Shown here: piece after piece, positions 28,847 through 32,000 of the stretch
Layout of the letters: each line of letters starts with the position of its first letter
Position numbering within the stretch: position 1 is the stretch's first letter
Origin: Candidatus Kuenenia stuttgartensis
GTDB taxonomy: Bacteria > Planctomycetota > Brocadiia > Brocadiales > Brocadiaceae
NCBI RefSeq assembly: GCF_900232105.1
Contig: NZ_LT934425.1
Span: 3,720,001-3,752,000, forward strand
Direction of reading: 5' to 3'
DNA length: 32,000 nt
The notes under the pieces: model-generated
Seen by the model: the letters and a program-made list of their open reading frames with translations, nothing else
Databases searched by the model: none
What the model was told of the DNA's origin: nothing
Translations under genes and position numbers: made by a program

Positions 28847-30085
28847 ATGGGCGATACGAGGATTGTAATTACAGGAATATCTGTCATCTCCCCTCTTGGA
28901 GAAACGAAAGAGGACTTTTGGCAAAATTTAATAAACGGGGTATCCGGGATTAAACCGGTAACGTTATTTGATGTAACTCATTTTAATAGTAAACAGGCAG
29001 GAGAGATCACGGATTTTGACCCTAAAATTTATTTGGGGAAGAAGGGTATTCGCCATATCGACAGAACGTCCCTTCTGGTATCTTCGGCTACGTGTCTGGC
29101 GATTAAGGATGCTAATCTTGAGAATAATACTTACAATGAAGATGAATTAGGCATCGTTGTAGGCTCTACTTATGGCAGTATTGACAGTATAAGTTCTTTT
29201 GATTTTCAATCACTTAGAGAGGGTCCAAACTATGTAAATCCGATGGACTTTCCTAATACGGTAATAAACGCACCTGCCAGCCGGGCGTCGATTTTTTGCA
29301 AGGCAACAGGTTTAAGTACAACAATTTCTAACGGGGTAACGAGCAGCATTGACGCTATTATATATGCATCTGATTTTCTGCGAATGGGAAGGGTAAAGGC
29401 GGTAATTGCAGGAGGAGTTTATGGATTAGGCCATGACATTTTTTGGGGAGCGCATAGTTCAAAAATCTTGGCGGGGAGTAATAGCGGTACCCTTGAAATT
29501 AGTGCGCCTTTTGATAAGAGACGTAATGGCATGGTCCTGGGAGAAGCCTCTGCGCTGGTTATACTCGAAACTTTAGAGGATGCGTTAAAGAGGAATGCAA
29601 ATATTTACGCGGAAGTAAGGGGTTATGGAACAGCCTTTGATCCTAAGATGTCCACCAGTAAAGAATACCAGACAGACGGCAGCATAAGGGCTATCCGAAG
29701 CGCTTTAGAAGATGCAAAATTAACGCTTCATGATATTTCCTGCATATCTGCTAATGCATATTCCGGAGTATATGGCGATGCAATGGAGGTAAGGGCTTTA
29801 AAAGAAGTATTTGGTATGCGCGCGAAACTTATTCCAGTGACTGCTATCAAATCAATGACAGGTGAATGTCTTGACGCATCAGGGGCTTTACAGACAGTGG
29901 CGGCGGTGATGTCTCTTAACACGCATACTATTCCTCCGACAATTAATTATAAGGAACCTGATCCGGAATGCGACCTAGGTTTGGTTGTTGAAAGAGCGGC
30001 GACTGTTCCGGTAAAAAATGTCCTTATAAATTCATCCTCACGTTTAGGAAATAGCTCTTCCCTGATAGTATCAAAGTTTAAATAA
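28847..30085 (+). CDS. KS-like protein without catalytic residues (chain-length-factor/KS-beta-like)
   Basis: FabF fold sequence throughout, but TAC to NGV (STTISNGVTSSIDAI), AHGTGT to ANAYSG, IGHTMGA to TGECLDA. Confidence 0.88.
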   Translation: MGDTRIVITGISVISPLGETKEDFWQNLINGVSGIKPVTLFDVTHFNSKQAGEITDFDPKIYLGKKGIRHIDRTSLLVSSATCLAIKDANLENNTYNEDELGIVVGSTYGSIDSISSFDFQSLREGPNYVNPMDFPNTVINAPASRASIFCKATGLSTTISNGVTSSIDAIIYASDFLRMGRVKAVIAGGVYGLGHDIFWGAHSSKILAGSNSGTLEISAPFDKRRNGMVLGEASALVILETLEDALKRNANIYAEVRGYGTAFDPKMSTSKEYQTDGSIRAIRSALEDAKLTLHDISCISANAYSGVYGDAMEVRALKEVFGMRAKLIPVTAIKSMTGECLDASGALQTVAAVMSLNTHTIPPTINYKEPDPECDLGLVVERAATVPVKNVLINSSSRLGNSSSLIVSKFK

Positions 30086-30090
30086 GTTTC

Positions 30091-31560
30091 ATGTCATCGA
30101 CCAAGCCTATCAAGCCACATATTCAATCCACGAAAATCGATACATTATATCCTTCTTACGATGTAATTGTAATTGGAGCGGGTATCGCAGGCCTTATTTG
30201 TGCCGCATTTCTTGCTAAAAGCGGGAAAAAGGCACTTCTTATTGAACAGCATTTTATTCCAGGCGGATATTGTACTTCGTTTAAAAGAAAAGGATTTCTT
30301 TTTGATGCTGCTGTTCATCACATCGGTGGTTGTGGTAAATGGAGTGTTGTTGGGCGTTGTTTTAAAATGCTCGGGATAGAGATGGATTTTTACCACTTAG
30401 ATCCCATGGATAATCTGATTTTTCCAACATTCAGCATTGAAATTCCTGCCGACTTAGACGAATATTTATTACGTTTACAGAAAAGGTATCCACATGAAAA
30501 GGACAATATTAAGTGGTTCTTTCAAGACTTTATAAGGCTTTATCGTGCTACATTTCATAATGAAAAAAGTCAGATTATAGAAAAATACAAAGACATGACT
30601 TATGGAATGATGCTCGATCATTTTTTTGATGATAGTGAGTTAAAGATGGTTCTTTCTGGGCAGTGGGGTTATGTAGGTTTAGCGCCGTCGAAAGCATCTG
30701 CGATTGCCATGTCTCAAATGATGATAAATTATCTTAAAGATGGCGCCTTTTTCCCAAAAGGCGGAACGCAAGAGTTTGCAAATGCAATTTTTAGGAAATT
30801 TATTGATTTTGGCGGACACGTTATGTTATCATCCAAAGTCAAAAAAATCTTAAAGAAAGGACCCTCCGTTAACGGTGTTAAATTAAATGATGACAAAGAG
30901 ATACATTCGAGCGTTGTTGTGTCGAATATAGATGCAAGACAGACGTTTTATCATTTGTTGAATGATGAAAATGATGTAGATGCGGTGTACCTTAAAAACA
31001 TTGAAGGAATGAAGGAAAGCTGTTCTTTTTTTCTCTTGTATCTGGGAATTGGAAAAGGGATAGATTTAAATACTTTAAAAAGAGGATTTTATTTATCCGG
31101 CTCAAATTTTGACTCTATTGATAGTGAGTGGATGTATATATCTGTTCCAACCAGTATATGCCAGGCCCTTTCCCCTCAAAATAAACAAATAATCTCCATA
31201 GTAGTGTATAAGAAGGAAGAATTTTATAAAAATGTGACGGATTGGGAATTGCTCAAACAAAATATAGTTTCAAGTACTTTGGAGAGACTAGAAAGTTATT
31301 TACCTGATATAAAAAAACATATAGAAATAATAGAGGTGGCTACTCCTAAAACCCTGGAGCGTTACACATTAAATACCAATGGGGCAGCTTATGGCTGGGC
31401 AGTAAGCGTTGATCAAATATGGGAACAAAGGCTTTCGCCGACAACACCAATTAGCGGCCTTTATTTGGCAGGCCATTGGACAAGACCTGGCCCTGGCATA
31501 TGTGCTGTTGTTTCTTCGGGATGGAGTGTTGCTAATTTAATTTTGAAGAATTGGAGGTAA
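30091..31560 (+). CDS. CrtI/phytoene-desaturase-like FAD-dependent oxidoreductase
   Basis: DVIVIGAGIAGLICAAFLAKSGKKALLIEQHFIPGGYCTSFKRKGFLFDAAVHHIGG; C-terminal GLYLAGHWTRPGPGICAVVSSGWSVANLI. Confidence 0.88.
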   Translation: MSSTKPIKPHIQSTKIDTLYPSYDVIVIGAGIAGLICAAFLAKSGKKALLIEQHFIPGGYCTSFKRKGFLFDAAVHHIGGCGKWSVVGRCFKMLGIEMDFYHLDPMDNLIFPTFSIEIPADLDEYLLRLQKRYPHEKDNIKWFFQDFIRLYRATFHNEKSQIIEKYKDMTYGMMLDHFFDDSELKMVLSGQWGYVGLAPSKASAIAMSQMMINYLKDGAFFPKGGTQEFANAIFRKFIDFGGHVMLSSKVKKILKKGPSVNGVKLNDDKEIHSSVVVSNIDARQTFYHLLNDENDVDAVYLKNIEGMKESCSFFLLYLGIGKGIDLNTLKRGFYLSGSNFDSIDSEWMYISVPTSICQALSPQNKQIISIVVYKKEEFYKNVTDWELLKQNIVSSTLERLESYLPDIKKHIEIIEVATPKTLERYTLNTNGAAYGWAVSVDQIWEQRLSPTTPISGLYLAGHWTRPGPGICAVVSSGWSVANLILKNWR

Positions 31561-31564
31561 AAAT

Positions 31565-32000
31565 ATGAAAAAAATGATGCTCATTAATCCACATAAGCCC
31601 GGGAGGCATGGAGAAGAGAGTATTACGGTAATTGTTCAGATGCCGTTAAACCTTGCTTATATTAAGGCCCTTACGCCTGGTGATTGGGAATTTGATGTTA
31701 TTGATGAAAATATCGAACTGGCAATTGATGATAATGGCGAACTTACTTTCGCGCCGGTGGACCTTGTTTGTATTACATCAGTGACCTACCAATCTCCCAG
31801 GGCATACAAGATTGCTACTGCATGTAAAAGGAAAGGTATGACCGTAATAATGGGAGGGATACATGCGTCTGTAATGCCTGAAGAGGCTTCAAAGTACGTG
31901 GACACTGTTTTTATTGGTGAGGCAGAGGAAGTCTGGCCACGGGTAATAAAAGACTTTGAAGCAGGAAAGTTAAAGAAGGTTTACGATGGTGGTTTACCGC
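31565..32000 (+). CDS. Cobalamin-binding-domain protein, probably B12-dependent radical SAM (3' end outside window)
   Basis: Hand translation MKKMMLINPHKPGRHGEESITVIVQMPLNLAYIKALTPGDWEFDVIDENIE...VMGGIHASVMPEEASKYVDTVFIGEAEEVWPRVIKDFEAGKLKKVY; the radical SAM cysteine motif would be outside the window. Confidence 0.75.
   Translation, partial: MKKMMLINPHKPGRHGEESITVIVQMPLNLAYIKALTPGDWEFDVIDENIELAIDDNGELTFAPVDLVCITSVTYQSPRAYKIATACKRKGMTVIMGGIHASVMPEEASKYVDTVFIGEAEEVWPRVIKDFEAGKLKKVYDGGLP

Overview
The window looks like a chromosomal segment of an anammox planctomycete (Candidatus Kuenenia/Brocadia-like; inferred from gene content, not verified). Conserved or metabolic genes: partial multihaem cytochrome c, lipoprotein, FMN-binding/ApbE fusion plus membrane protein, LhgO, CobK/CbiJ, metallophosphoesterase, GT4 glycosyltransferase, DUF481-type outer-membrane protein, MarC, secreted Ig-like repeat protein, YHS protein, AhpD-like protein and isocitrate dehydrogenase. 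The right edge (about 26.75-32 kb, + strand) is a compact operon: ACP, FabZ-like dehydratase, intact KS, a KS-like protein lacking all three catalytic residues, a CrtI-like desaturase and a B12-binding/radical-SAM-type protein. It matches the type of cluster proposed for ladderane lipid synthesis. Between these lies accessory DNA with defence-related genes or remnants: a decayed type I R-M locus (hsdS tail, hsdR with an in-frame stop and truncation) containing a RAYT gene, a DUF559-like N-terminal fragment, a large SIR2-domain protein, a DruA/DUF4338 domain fused to a decayed ISAs1-family transposase, and a truncated cas6-like fragment joined to a transposase tail. Repeats include three copies of a 73-bp REP-like element sharing its end motif with a perfect 28-bp palindrome inside the RAYT ORF, two TIR-bounded mini-elements, and an ISL3 copy with A-run frameshifts. 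No CRISPR array, rRNA or tRNA was recognised. The strongest leads are the active-KS/dead-KS pair, the DruA-ISAs1 fusion, the SIR2-TPR gene, and the REP/RAYT family.
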